A stretch of 64,000 bases of DNA. It comes from a virus. The notes below the pieces were generated by a model. That model was not told the DNA's origin and did no database searches. It saw only the letters and a program-made list of their open reading frames with translations. Shown here piece after piece: positions 37,597 to 46,717 of this stretch (the stretch's first letter is position 1; each line of letters opens with the position of its first letter). A program made the position numbers and the translations under genes. Where the stretch lies: positions 1 to 64,000 of the IMG/VR virus record IMGVR_UViG_3300025141_000055, one strand, 5' to 3'.

Positions 37597-38096
37597 ACAT
37601 ATAAATGATAAGGGTTAATGCAGTGCTCATCACAGCACTTACTGCGCACGAAATGTTTATAATTTAAGTTTTTCTTCCAAAAGGTTTCATAAACAAAACG
37701 ACGAGTGCGAATACTGCGACCTTCCCGCACATCTCGGCAATATCCCAGATCATCGGGTAAATAGAGGTGCTTCTCTTCGCTAATAAGGGGTCGATTCCGT
37801 TCTAACCAGGCCCAGAGATGACCTGTTTTTCCTCGGGCATTCTCAAACTCCGATCTACACACCTCACAGGCGGGAATGAGGTTGGTAGGGAGCCTGACTT
37901 TCTTTAAATCAGTAAGAGGAATGATCAAGGGGTCAGAACGCTCACAGCTGCATCGCCATACGCAACACGAGGAGTATTCATCCACTCGCCAGTGACCTCG
38001 TACCGAGGTGGCTAAAGCCCTTTCGGTGGTGGGGTGATGAGCTTCAGTTGTATCAAGGAGTCCTAAGAGGACGACAGCACGATCAGAAAACGACAT
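37407..38096 (-). CDS. Zn-binding His-Me/HNH-like protein with C-terminal HTH
   Basis: CSC...CEVC, RRFVYE.F, CCDEHCINPYHL, then an HTH-like tail. Confidence 0.55.
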   Translation of the reverse strand: MSFSDRAVVLLGLLDTTEAHHPTTERALATSVRGHWRVDEYSSCCVWRCSCERSDPLIIPLTDLKKVRLPTNLIPACEVCRSEFENARGKTGHLWAWLERNRPLISEEKHLYLPDDLGYCRDVREGRSIRTRRFVYETFWKKNLNYKHFVRSKCCDEHCINPYHLYVCRSPAAKVSQPIRHYIQKLAAQGVSSKTTQLLLRDQLSLDLSVRSIQCVRSVDGKSKKLVIL

Positions 38097-38255
38097 GAGG
38101 AGGTTGTCAACCTATGCGCAGTGTATCAGATGGGACACGCGAGTGAGAGGAAGAAGCACCTAATGACATAGAACGCACACAAGGGCACGAAGCTCAAAAC
38201 TCCTATTTTTTCTATATCCTTCTAGTGAATATTTTCGACTCTCGTTATTCCCAAT

Positions 38256-38413
38256 TTTAAAGCTATTTAAAAGTTTTTAAACTGACGCAAAGTGAGACCT
38301 GTTTTTAAAATGGATAACCACTAAATTTTATAAGGTCCATTTAAAGCACTCAGAGGATATTTATTTAAAAGACTCTGCCTAACGCAAATTATCTGTTATG
38401 AGGTAGTTTTAAA
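38256..38413. other. AT-rich divergent intergenic region with seven TTTAAA hexamers (candidate origin/control region)
   Basis: TTTAAA at 38256, 38266, 38276, 38304, 38340, 38364 and 38408; lies in the longest non-coding stretch, at a strand switch. Confidence 0.45.
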
Positions 38414-38504
38414 CAAGAGTTGTAGCTTAATGAACTTACAAAGCATCGTGGGCATTGCTTACTATAGACGAAACCTTTAAGATAGAAGTAAATAGTGTAT
38501 TACC

Positions 38505-38678
38505 ATGAACAAGAACGTAGCTGAGCCATCAGAAAAAATTACTTGGAAAGCTTTGCGTCTTCGAGCTTCTAAACTGGGGATTCCGGCCTGGCAATTAGCT
38601 GAAAATTTACAAGATGAGGAGCTCTGGGAGAATACTGAACTCGGAGTAAAAAATCGGCTAGAGTACTCAGACAAATAG
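38505..38678 (+). CDS. Small hypothetical protein (57 aa)
   Basis: Manually translated: MNKNVAEPSEKITWKALRLRASKLGIPAWQLAE... Confidence 0.5.
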   Translation: MNKNVAEPSEKITWKALRLRASKLGIPAWQLAENLQDEELWENTELGVKNRLEYSDK

Positions 38679-38730
38679 CTGTCTCAACTGAGTTAGAATC
38701 AAACTTGGGGGTGCATACTAAAATTGATAC

Positions 38731-39882
38731 ATGGCACTTGCACCTTGTCCTGTTCATGGATCCACTTATCGGGCGCTACATGAACACAGTTTCAGAGGCA
38801 TCATCGATGTCATTGATGAAATCATTACGACGATAAGTGGCGTGGGTACTGTTTCTTATGCAAAATGCCCCATCGGGTACACCCATAACTTCGAGGGGAT
38901 AGTTCGTGCCCTTGAGGACTTAAACCTTACGGCGAGTGGAATCCAGACCTCTCCTATTTCCGAGGGAAGCATTCTGCCCGGTTCTGGTATTACCTTTACT
39001 CCAAGTGGAGACGCTCATATTATTGCTGTTAACTCCCTGGGTATGGGAGGTGTTGGGGTTACTTATTCCGGCGGAATTGGGGCCCAATTCATTGTTATAT
39101 CGGGGGCCGATAACATAACTAATGCGGTTATAAGTGGTGTTGTTGCAGGTCCGGGGATTACGGTTACACCTAGCGGCAGTAGCGCCATTGTCTCCACTAA
39201 TATCAGTGGGCAGGGCTCTGTAGACGTTAGTTATAACGCGGGGATAGGTCTTATCTCAGGTCAAGAAAATGCCAACGTTGTAGGTGGGTCCGGTATTAGT
39301 GTTTATGCAAGTGGTGTTTCCAAAGTTATTGATGTAGGGGTTCTAGGTGGGGCAGATATAGGAACTAGTTATTCTGGTGCTTTCGTAACGGTGGAGAGTA
39401 CCGGGGGTGGACGCGCAACTCTTTCGGGTAGTCCCGGAACTGGTTATAAAGCCGGGTCACTCTGGTTTGATACCAATGAAGGACGTCTCTTTGTTTATGC
39501 GTCTGGTAATGGGATTACTAAACCTGATTGGTACATCACTAATGCCGAAGCTTTAGCGATTAAGAGTGAGGTTCCTCCATCTGGAACTGGCGGTAAGAAC
39601 GCACCCCCACGTGACGGAAGCATTTGGTTCAATACCCTCATGGGTAACCTGTTTATTTATGATGCGTCCTCTAGTGGTTGGTACGAATCTGCTCCGGCCC
39701 GCACGCCTTCTTACAGCGCTATTGCTCCTACGAATGCTGTGGATGGCTCTCTCTGGACTCGATCCACTGACGCTAATCTGACTGTTTGGAATGGTAGTAA
39801 CTGGCAGGATGTAGTGGCTAGTGGCAATGATCCAGGTCAGAGCGAGGGCGAAGTTATCGGTCTGATTATGGGACTTAGCTAA
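38731..39882 (+). CDS. Tail fibre-like protein
   Basis: AGPGI/GSGI shaft repeats; three G.(L/I)W.....L..(Y/W)....W repeats; 18 SG dipeptides; C-terminal GEVIGLIMGLS. Confidence 0.75.
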   Translation: MALAPCPVHGSTYRALHEHSFRGIIDVIDEIITTISGVGTVSYAKCPIGYTHNFEGIVRALEDLNLTASGIQTSPISEGSILPGSGITFTPSGDAHIIAVNSLGMGGVGVTYSGGIGAQFIVISGADNITNAVISGVVAGPGITVTPSGSSAIVSTNISGQGSVDVSYNAGIGLISGQENANVVGGSGISVYASGVSKVIDVGVLGGADIGTSYSGAFVTVESTGGGRATLSGSPGTGYKAGSLWFDTNEGRLFVYASGNGITKPDWYITNAEALAIKSEVPPSGTGGKNAPPRDGSIWFNTLMGNLFIYDASSSGWYESAPARTPSYSAIAPTNAVDGSLWTRSTDANLTVWNGSNWQDVVASGNDPGQSEGEVIGLIMGLS

Positions 39883-40004
39883 TGACTAAAGAGAAGGATA
39901 CCAATCAGATTCTCCCAAAGCTCAAAAAAACGCGACAGGGGAACGGCCGGAATAGCAAAGCATCTCATGGAAGAAAAAAGCCCCGTGGACAAGGCCCGCG
40001 CTAA
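39882..40004 (+). CDS. Small basic protein (40 aa)
   Basis: KKTRQGNG..SK....KKPRGQG motif typical of cyanophage small basic proteins. Confidence 0.55.
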   Translation: MTKEKDTNQILPKLKKTRQGNGRNSKASHGRKKPRGQGPR

Positions 40005-40031
40005 AGTTAGAGAGTAGAATTAGAGATTATT

Positions 40032-40436
40032 GTGCTCCTATCGTTTGTTGCTGGAGAAAGCATAAATACTGGAGATGCGGTCACTCCTCACACTTCGGTA
40101 TCGGGCTCGATTTTGAAGGCTTGGCCTAGCGGGGAAAGAACATCAGCCGTCTGTGGGGTGGCCATGGATATGGTGACCGCAGGCGCACTAACTCGAGTTG
40201 TATCTGACTCTAGTGTGGCTGTTTTTAGCAGTTTGGATATTGGAGAACCTTATTATGTGAGTCCTAGTGGGGGAACTTTAGTAAATTACGCTCAATTTAG
40301 AACAGAATTCCTTGCATATGCAGGCACTGCTCAGGTTTCTGGGATGTATTTATGCGAGGTTGGTACTGCTATTGGGTCTACTATGATGAAGATTCAACCA
40401 GCTATGCCTCGACTTGTACAGGATGACTCTGTATAA
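40032..40436 (+). CDS. Virion decoration/fibre-associated protein
   Basis: AGESI..GDAV, G.A, L..G..YYVS..G.L, VG.A pattern of capsid cement/fibre-base domains. Confidence 0.6.
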   Translation: MLLSFVAGESINTGDAVTPHTSVSGSILKAWPSGERTSAVCGVAMDMVTAGALTRVVSDSSVAVFSSLDIGEPYYVSPSGGTLVNYAQFRTEFLAYAGTAQVSGMYLCEVGTAIGSTMMKIQPAMPRLVQDDSV

Positions 40437-40474
40437 GCGGTGTAGAATGGGAACTAAATCTACGGCTGTTATCG

Positions 40475-40990
40475 GTGGCGAATAGAGCGATATTCAACCG
40501 GAACTATTCCAGCTATCAGGCGGATGGAACAACTGTTTATCTGGCGAATGGGCAAGGAGTAGTAACCAACCCGGCTCCTGAAGCCACGATGACGGCAGGC
40601 GCCGCCCTAATTGCTGGTGAGGTGGTGTGTGCTAGTGGTAACTTTGCTGTTCCGGCCCTGGCTTACAGTGGAGTTCAAAATTTCCAATTAAGACCAATAG
40701 GAATAGCTACGGCTGCGGCCACTAATGGATCAGACGTTACCGTAAATTTGGATGGAGTAGCTACATTATCGGATGCGAATATTACTGCTCAAACTGCATT
40801 AAGCCCTGGGGAATATTATTTTCTTTCTAAGTATTTAGGACAAGTAGTTAAATATGAAACCGCTTCGGGAATAATTGCCGGTTCCGGGGCATGGGCTTAT
40901 GAAGCTTCTAGCCCTATAGGGCTCGCGTTATCCGCTACTGCTCTCAGTGTTCAGATCCAACCTCCTACATTTCTTTATACTGGAGGCTAA
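40475..40990 (+). CDS. Virion decoration/fibre-associated protein (paralog-like of 40032)
   Basis: AG.AL.AGEVV, IGIA, L.PG.YYFLS...G, IG.ALSAT.L.V.I. Confidence 0.65.
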   Translation: MANRAIFNRNYSSYQADGTTVYLANGQGVVTNPAPEATMTAGAALIAGEVVCASGNFAVPALAYSGVQNFQLRPIGIATAAATNGSDVTVNLDGVATLSDANITAQTALSPGEYYFLSKYLGQVVKYETASGIIAGSGAWAYEASSPIGLALSATALSVQIQPPTFLYTGG

Positions 40991-41002
40991 TAAGATTTAG
41001 TT

Positions 41003-41632
41003 ATGGCACAACGAAGACCCCTAGTTTTAGTAAGTGGATCACCCAGTGAGTTACCGCAGGGTGACTCCATTATTAGTAGTGCGGAAGGTGGCACTCTTAT
41101 TGCGGGTAGTGGTGTAGTCGGGGGTGGTGATACTCTCAACGAGATAAGGGTAGATATTGCATTAGCGGCGGCTGCAAGTGGTCTTCTATTTGCCGGCTCC
41201 AAACTCACCAATGATGGTGTAGCCCTCTCGGACGCCACTGCTGCCTTAGCATCTGGTAATGCGGCTCTCGCTAACACCGCCGTAGCCTTAGCTTCAGGTA
41301 ATGCCGGACTCGCCGATGCGGTTATCGCGTTGGCCTCGGGTGAAGCCGCCGTGGTGGATGCAGTGATAGCTCAGGCTTCTGGTAATGCAGCGGTGGTTAA
41401 TGCCAATACGGGCCTTGCTTCCGGTCTGGCTTCCATAGTGGTAGCAGCAAATGCTCTTGCTTCGGGTAATGCTGGACTAGCTATAGCAGTTACAGCGTTA
41501 GCTTCCGGTAATGCAGCCTTGGTTGATGCACCGATTGCACTGGCTTCGGGTAATGCAGCCTTAGCGGCAATAGCCGGTGCGCCTTGTTTAAGTGCAGGTG
41601 AGGCTACCGGTCTAATCATTGCTCTCTCCTAA
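41003..41632 (+). CDS. Fibre protein with 14-aa ALASGNA repeats
   Basis: MAQRRPLV N-terminus; eight tandem 14-residue repeats; C-terminal GEATGLIIALS. Confidence 0.75.
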   Translation: MAQRRPLVLVSGSPSELPQGDSIISSAEGGTLIAGSGVVGGGDTLNEIRVDIALAAAASGLLFAGSKLTNDGVALSDATAALASGNAALANTAVALASGNAGLADAVIALASGEAAVVDAVIAQASGNAAVVNANTGLASGLASIVVAANALASGNAGLAIAVTALASGNAALVDAPIALASGNAALAAIAGAPCLSAGEATGLIIALS

Positions 41633-42255
41633 TGGCTAAAAGAAGGCCCCTGGTTTATAGCGGCGGTTTATTCGCTGAGATTAATGACTATGAGAGTATT
41701 CCAATAACGGGTGAGCTTACTACTGGGAGTGGTTTTGGAAATCAAGTATTAAATCTCGCTGCTTCTGGGGAGATTAACGTTAATTTGGCTGCTAGTGCTA
41801 GCGGTCTGATCTGGGTCGGTACAAAGCTGGGTCTGGATGGCACTGACCTAGTGGCCGCTGAGGAAGGATTGGCCTCAGGCCTTGCTGCGGATACGGATGC
41901 GATTCCGGCCCTTGCTTCCGGCCTTGCGGCGAGTTCGATTGCAGTTCAAGCTCTCGCGTCGGGTAATGCGGGACTTTTGGCTGCAACCAGTGGAATGCAG
42001 CAGTCCGATTTAGCTATTACTAATGCCGCGATCGCCATTGCATCGGGTGCCGCGGGTATTGCTGATTCTCCCGAAGCTCTAGCCTCTGGCAATGCAGCCG
42101 TGGTGGAGGCAAATTATGCTTTAGGGTCCGGGTTAGCTGCTGAAGCAATTTCTACAGCAGCTCTCGCATCGGGAAATGCTGCTTTAACTCTATTTGCTTC
42201 TGACGCTCCTATAAGTGAAGGAGAGCTTTTAGGACTTATCTTTGCGCTCGGTTAA
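41632..42255 (+). CDS. Fibre protein with 14-aa ALASG repeats (paralog of 41003)
   Basis: MAKRRPLV N-terminus; eight 14-residue repeats, one degenerate; C-terminal GELLGLIFALG. Confidence 0.75.
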   Translation: MAKRRPLVYSGGLFAEINDYESIPITGELTTGSGFGNQVLNLAASGEINVNLAASASGLIWVGTKLGLDGTDLVAAEEGLASGLAADTDAIPALASGLAASSIAVQALASGNAGLLAATSGMQQSDLAITNAAIAIASGAAGIADSPEALASGNAAVVEANYALGSGLAAEAISTAALASGNAALTLFASDAPISEGELLGLIFALG

Positions 42256-42257
42256 TT

Positions 42258-42437
42258 CTATTTAATGGCTTCCCATTTGGGCGGTTTATGAGGGCATGAC
42301 ATACCTTTTACACGGGTTTTTGCGGCCATAAAGCACCCGCATAATTTACAGGATTTAGTTGGCCGGAAGAAGTGCTCGCATTCCTTACAAATCCTCATGC
42401 GTTCTTGGACTATCTTTTCGGGGGTGAATAGACCCAT
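42258..42437 (-). CDS. Small Cys-rich Zn-binding protein (DUF6171-like)
   Basis: Manually translated: ER..IC..C.HF......C.LCGCFM.AK......CP....KW. Confidence 0.75.
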   Translation of the reverse strand: MGLFTPEKIVQERMRICKECEHFFRPTKSCKLCGCFMAAKTRVKGMSCPHKPPKWEAIK

Positions 42438-42577
42438 GAGAGAAGGCTTTTACTCAAATCCTACTATTTTTAGTTCTTCCTGGGTTTGCCTTTTGAGGTT
42501 TCTCCCGGATTGTTCAATTTCTTTGATAGACTTGGTATGTTGGATTGAGTTAGACTCTTACAAGAGCGCGGGAGCTT

Positions 42578-42898
42578 ATGGCAACTTTTTATCACGCTTC
42601 CCAGGCGTCTTTAGGAGTCGGTGACACAACGGTGGTGACGTCGACGTCTAATAGCACCATTGTGTTGAGTATTTTGGTAGCTAATAGAGATGGGTCCTTT
42701 GCTGCTGATATCACGACCTCTCACAATGATGCTAGTGATGTAATTCAGAATTATTTGGCCTTCACAATACCTGTTCCGGCAGACGCAAACGTTGAGCTTC
42801 TTTCTAGTAAATATATTCTCCCAAGTGGAGAAAAGCTTGTAGCTAAAGCAAGCTCTTCCGCTGATTTGGATATCGCAGTCAGTTATGTAGAGGTGTGA
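42578..42898 (+). CDS. Small beta-sandwich fibre adaptor protein
   Basis: TIVLSILVAN...IPVPA...ELL..KYIL..GEKL......LD..VSYVE; this type commonly follows fibres ending in a hydrophobic ...IALG. Confidence 0.7.
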   Translation: MATFYHASQASLGVGDTTVVTSTSNSTIVLSILVANRDGSFAADITTSHNDASDVIQNYLAFTIPVPADANVELLSSKYILPSGEKLVAKASSSADLDIAVSYVEV

Positions 42899-42899
42899 T

Positions 42900-43523
42900 A
42901 TGGCAAATTACACTCAAGCTCTTTTTAGCTTAAGTGGTGTCGAACCACAGTATCTTCCTGCTCGAATGCGCTTACATAATAAGGAAACGCGCTATTCCCA
43001 TTCCATTACTCTGGCAGAGTTATCTTCCCTAGGATATAGCGGCCCTTTCAATAAGCCTAGTGTTAGTGATGCTCAGTACCTTACCTGGTCGACGGGAACG
43101 TCCTCATGGGTGGTAAATAGCAAGACTCCTCAACAAAGGTTAGAGGATGCGGATCGGGAGATACGTGCCTCCATTGACGATACTCTTTCTCATGCCGTGG
43201 ATGTGACGGATCCGGATTTAAGTGAGACAGCTTTCAATATTTACGCAGCCTATTATGCCAAACTTCATAGTCTGTCTCTTTCTACTACTCCTTTAACAGT
43301 TGATAAGCTTCCTACCTTAGAACTCCCTCAAGTAACTTCTAAAGCTGCCGAAGATAAAGCAGCTGAAGATGAAATTGATCGGATGTTGACGGATAATACG
43401 GCGAATTGGAAACAACATTACGAGTTGGATGGGATGAAGTTATGGGAGGATTCCCTTCATCCTGAAGTAGGAGAAAGGTTTACACTACCTTCTGACTGGG
43501 TCGCTTCAGGGACCGCGACGTGA
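42900..43523 (+). CDS. Tail fibre assembly/chaperone-like protein
   Basis: S..G.EP..LP.R.RL...TR, GY.GP, Q.L.W......W.V; upstream of the collar fibres. Confidence 0.55.
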   Translation: MANYTQALFSLSGVEPQYLPARMRLHNKETRYSHSITLAELSSLGYSGPFNKPSVSDAQYLTWSTGTSSWVVNSKTPQQRLEDADREIRASIDDTLSHAVDVTDPDLSETAFNIYAAYYAKLHSLSLSTTPLTVDKLPTLELPQVTSKAAEDKAAEDEIDRMLTDNTANWKQHYELDGMKLWEDSLHPEVGERFTLPSDWVASGTAT

Positions 43524-43539
43524 GTCCCCCTAAAGAACT

Positions 43540-44640
43540 ATGACTAAGGGTTTCGGCGGTTTTACCGGTCAAGCTAATGTCCCTACCATTACTTATGCGA
43601 GTGGGTGTTGGACATCGGGTACCGAGATTTATTATCAAAGAGCAACGCTGAATCAGTGGCCCACGGCTCCTGTTGAGCCTCCACAGTCCAATGTAGGTGA
43701 ATTAGTCTTTGTCCTGGCGAGTGGTACTCGTGACCAACTGATGATGTCAGATGGTTATATCTGTGCGAGTGGACAAGCGATCAGTCGCTCTACTTATTCG
43801 GGACTATTCGATACTTACGGGACTCTGTACGGAGTTGGGGATGGTGCTACTACGTTTAATGTACCTAACTATACCTTCGATAACACCGGTGATAATGGGG
43901 GTTATGGTTACTTTAGAACTACAACTAATTCGGGAGCCACCCTTGCTGAATTATCGGGAGTAGGGGTTCTTCCTCACCATACTCACACTGCATTGGGGGT
44001 ATATGGTACCGCTTCCTGGGGGACTTCGTGTGGGTCAGCGGGTGGTAACAATAGAAATATGAACCCTGGCGCGTCTAACATGACTACGGGAACTACGGGA
44101 AGTGCAGGAGGAAATCAGCTAAGGCACAGACAGGTATATCCCATGCTTGCTACGAAGGAGTCTCATTATCCCATTGGGTGTTTGATTCAGTATTTGCTAG
44201 CGACAACTGAATCCAATTTTGTAGGTAATTCAAATATCCCAGTCGATTATGTTATTCCTAGTGGGCAGCCGATTAGTAGAACGGAGAATGCCACTCTCTT
44301 TAATCAGTTTGGTACTCACTTTGGCGTGGGAGATGGGTCTACTACCTTTAATATTCCTGATCTGAGAGGGGCTTTCACGAGAGGGACGGCAATAGCACAA
44401 ACATCAGGAGCTTTACCTAGTGGTTACGTTTTAGACGATGTAGCGGAACACGAACATTATGTCTCGTTTTACAATGTCAACAACACTAATGACTGTAATG
44501 GTCCCGCTTCTTACAATGGCACGATGGCGGCTCCGGCGACCGGCGGCGCCTCTGTAGGGAGTGCAGGGGTTGATAATAGAATAGACAACATTACTGTCGT
44601 TTATCTTCTCAATGTCGATAATACTGGCGAAGCGTCTTAA
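43540..44640 (+). CDS. Tail fibre A with two tail-collar domains
   Basis: Two G..ISR....LF...GT.(Y/F)G.GDG.TTFN.P collar motifs, each followed by an HxH motif (PHHTH, EHEH). Confidence 0.85.
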   Translation: MTKGFGGFTGQANVPTITYASGCWTSGTEIYYQRATLNQWPTAPVEPPQSNVGELVFVLASGTRDQLMMSDGYICASGQAISRSTYSGLFDTYGTLYGVGDGATTFNVPNYTFDNTGDNGGYGYFRTTTNSGATLAELSGVGVLPHHTHTALGVYGTASWGTSCGSAGGNNRNMNPGASNMTTGTTGSAGGNQLRHRQVYPMLATKESHYPIGCLIQYLLATTESNFVGNSNIPVDYVIPSGQPISRTENATLFNQFGTHFGVGDGSTTFNIPDLRGAFTRGTAIAQTSGALPSGYVLDDVAEHEHYVSFYNVNNTNDCNGPASYNGTMAAPATGGASVGSAGVDNRIDNITVVYLLNVDNTGEAS

Positions 44641-45729
44641 GGAGGTATGAACCCATGACAATTGGAAAGATCTCACTTCAACCTGCTTTTCGCGGCCTGT
44701 CCTTTACCACAACCTTGGGGCGTATCTATGTTCTGGTTGACGGGCGTAGTTTAGGTAGAGCGGTTTACCCAACTCTTAGTTCAAATTGGGACGACACTGC
44801 TTATTGTGTTGCCAGCCAAGGGACAGCTGATATCTTTTTGCCTGATCTTAATGGCCCTTCTCTCCGTGGTACCAGTTGGGGAAACCTTAATTGTGATATG
44901 AATGCTTACGATAGGGTGGCCCTCTCGGGTGAAGGTCCTATTACGTCAGGGGTAGGTTCTTACCAAGCCACTAACTTGGCCGCACATACTCATCCCTACG
45001 GTACGCAGCCTGGTTTTAGCCGCTCTAATGGTGGAGGGGATGGTAACTGTTGTTATCCTGTTAGTCAGGGAAGTTATGCAACTAAGGGACCCGATAATAT
45101 TACGGGTCTGACCGCCTCAGGGGATGCTGTTGCAACGGCTTTTGAAGTACCCCACATGAAGTTGTTTCCTTATATTTGTGTTAATAATGGGTAGAATGAG
45201 AGCAGCGGCAACCCATCATGTCTAAGCATTACGGCGGCACAGTTAATAAAGAAGCTTCTAGCTCTAGCGCTGCTCCTGGTGCCTGGATTGGTAGGAATGT
45301 AACTCGTCAAATGCGAATAAACGAGTGGCCTCTTTCATTCACGGGATTATTGATGAATGAGGAGGGGGATTATGCTTTCGCTATTTCGAGTGGTGTAAGG
45401 GATACTAATTGTGCATCCCCAGATATCGGTGGTAAGTTTTTTGAGACTACTGGAGCTGATGTTAGTCGTACCGATTATTCTGGCTTATTTTCAGTTCTAG
45501 GGACTACGTATGGTGTAGGAGATGGTTTTAATACTTTTACTCTCCCTGACACTGTCGGTGAATATACATATACCAAGACGCTTACTGCTTCGGGGACCCC
45601 GTTAGCTTCATTATCGGGTACTGCTGTTTTACCTCACCATACTCATACAGTTACTGGTGTATATGGTACCGCTTCCTGGGGGACTTCGTGTGGGTCAGCG
45701 GGTGGTAACAATAGAAATATGAACCCTGG
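43999..45729 (+). repeat. 71-bp exact direct repeat (43999-44069 = 45659-45729)
   Basis: Base-by-base comparison; encodes VYGTASWGTSCGSAGGNNRNMNPG in both A and A'. Confidence 0.95.
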
Positions 45730-46173
45730 TACTAATGGCTCAAACGTTGGGGCACAGGGGTCACCGGATGGTAACCACGGGAAACATCGTCAAGTGTGTC
45801 CCATGATTGCCCATAGTTATGGACCTATCCCTATTGGCTGCGTCTTTCCCTATACCTTACCCATCATTGACCAAGATTTCGCAGCGTCGAATCTTCCCGA
45901 GCATTGTGTTATAGCGAGCGGTCAGGATGTTAGTCGTACTATATATGAGGGGTTGTTTAAACACGTTGGTACCTTATATGGTTCGGGAGATGGCTCGACG
46001 ACTTTTGGTCTACCTGATTTTAGAGGAATTTTTCTCAATAATACCGGGGCTCAACCTTCCGGGATCTCGGATCTACCCTCAGGTTATATCGTAGATAGTT
46101 ATGCCAACCATGATCATGCGGGTAGGGTATACAATGTCAACAACACTAATGACTGTAATGGTCCCGCTTCTTA
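44470..46173 (+). repeat. 44-bp exact direct repeat (44470-44513 = 46130-46173)
   Basis: Encodes YNVNNTNDCNGPASY in A and A'; same 1660-bp offset as the 71-bp repeat. Confidence 0.95.
44655..45194 (+). CDS. Tail fibre B with one tail-collar domain
   Basis: DG.SL.RA.YP.L, LPDL.G..LRG, VGSYQ....AHTH. Confidence 0.8.
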   Translation: MTIGKISLQPAFRGLSFTTTLGRIYVLVDGRSLGRAVYPTLSSNWDDTAYCVASQGTADIFLPDLNGPSLRGTSWGNLNCDMNAYDRVALSGEGPITSGVGSYQATNLAAHTHPYGTQPGFSRSNGGGDGNCCYPVSQGSYATKGPDNITGLTASGDAVATAFEVPHMKLFPYICVNNG

Positions 46174-46717
46174 TACTGGTGCCTTAGCTGCGCCGGCAAC
46201 GGGTAATTCTTCTGTCGGTACGACTACTGAGAATAGACCGGTTAATGTATCTGTTATCTATGCTCTTAGACTAGCGTAGAGTCACCCTCTTAATTATTCA
46301 TGGCTTATCTTGGACATATAGCGTGTAAGGCCGCACATGTAGGAGACACCTACCAAATAAGGAAGGAAACTTATCACATCTGTGACGGAAGCGCTATCTC
46401 CCGCGCTACATACGCGGGGTTAAGTGCGCTGTGGCCTACAGGAGCTTATGGAAGTACGGTGTCTGATATTCATTTACCTGACTTTAGAGAGGGGGTTTAC
46501 TTTCGGGGAGCCGATCTAGGACGCGATGTAGATGAAGATTATGCCAGTCGTACAGTTCTGTCGGGCGGCACTACCTCTCCTATTACGTCAGGGGTAGGTT
46601 CTTATCAGACGGCCAATATGGTGCAACACACTCATCCCTACGGTACGCAGCCTGGTTTTAGTCGCTCTAATGGTGGAGGGGATGGTAACTGTTGTTATCC
46701 TGTTAGTCAGGGAAGTT
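44988..46717 (+). repeat. 88-bp direct repeat with one mismatch (44988-45075 / 46630-46717), plus a 27-bp repeat (44936-44962 / 46578-46604)
   Basis: Encodes THPYGTQPGFSRSNGGGDGNCCYPVSQGS in B and B'; single synonymous C/T difference at 45020/46662. Confidence 0.95.
45218..46279 (+). CDS. Tail fibre A' with two tail-collar domains (paralog of 43540)
   Basis: Two collar motifs with PHHTH and NHDH; ends ENRPVNVSV.Y. Confidence 0.85.
   Translation: MSKHYGGTVNKEASSSSAAPGAWIGRNVTRQMRINEWPLSFTGLLMNEEGDYAFAISSGVRDTNCASPDIGGKFFETTGADVSRTDYSGLFSVLGTTYGVGDGFNTFTLPDTVGEYTYTKTLTASGTPLASLSGTAVLPHHTHTVTGVYGTASWGTSCGSAGGNNRNMNPGTNGSNVGAQGSPDGNHGKHRQVCPMIAHSYGPIPIGCVFPYTLPIIDQDFAASNLPEHCVIASGQDVSRTIYEGLFKHVGTLYGSGDGSTTFGLPDFRGIFLNNTGAQPSGISDLPSGYIVDSYANHDHAGRVYNVNNTNDCNGPASYTGALAAPATGNSSVGTTTENRPVNVSVIYALRLA

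Noticed and set aside
43999-46717. Diversity-generating retroelement TR/VR pairs
   Set aside because: No reverse transcriptase is visible in the window, both copies are coding, and the only mismatch is C/T rather than adenine-specific.
43999-46717. Invertase/shufflon-type fibre switching
   Set aside because: The repeats are direct rather than inverted, all four genes are intact on one strand, and no recombinase is nearby.
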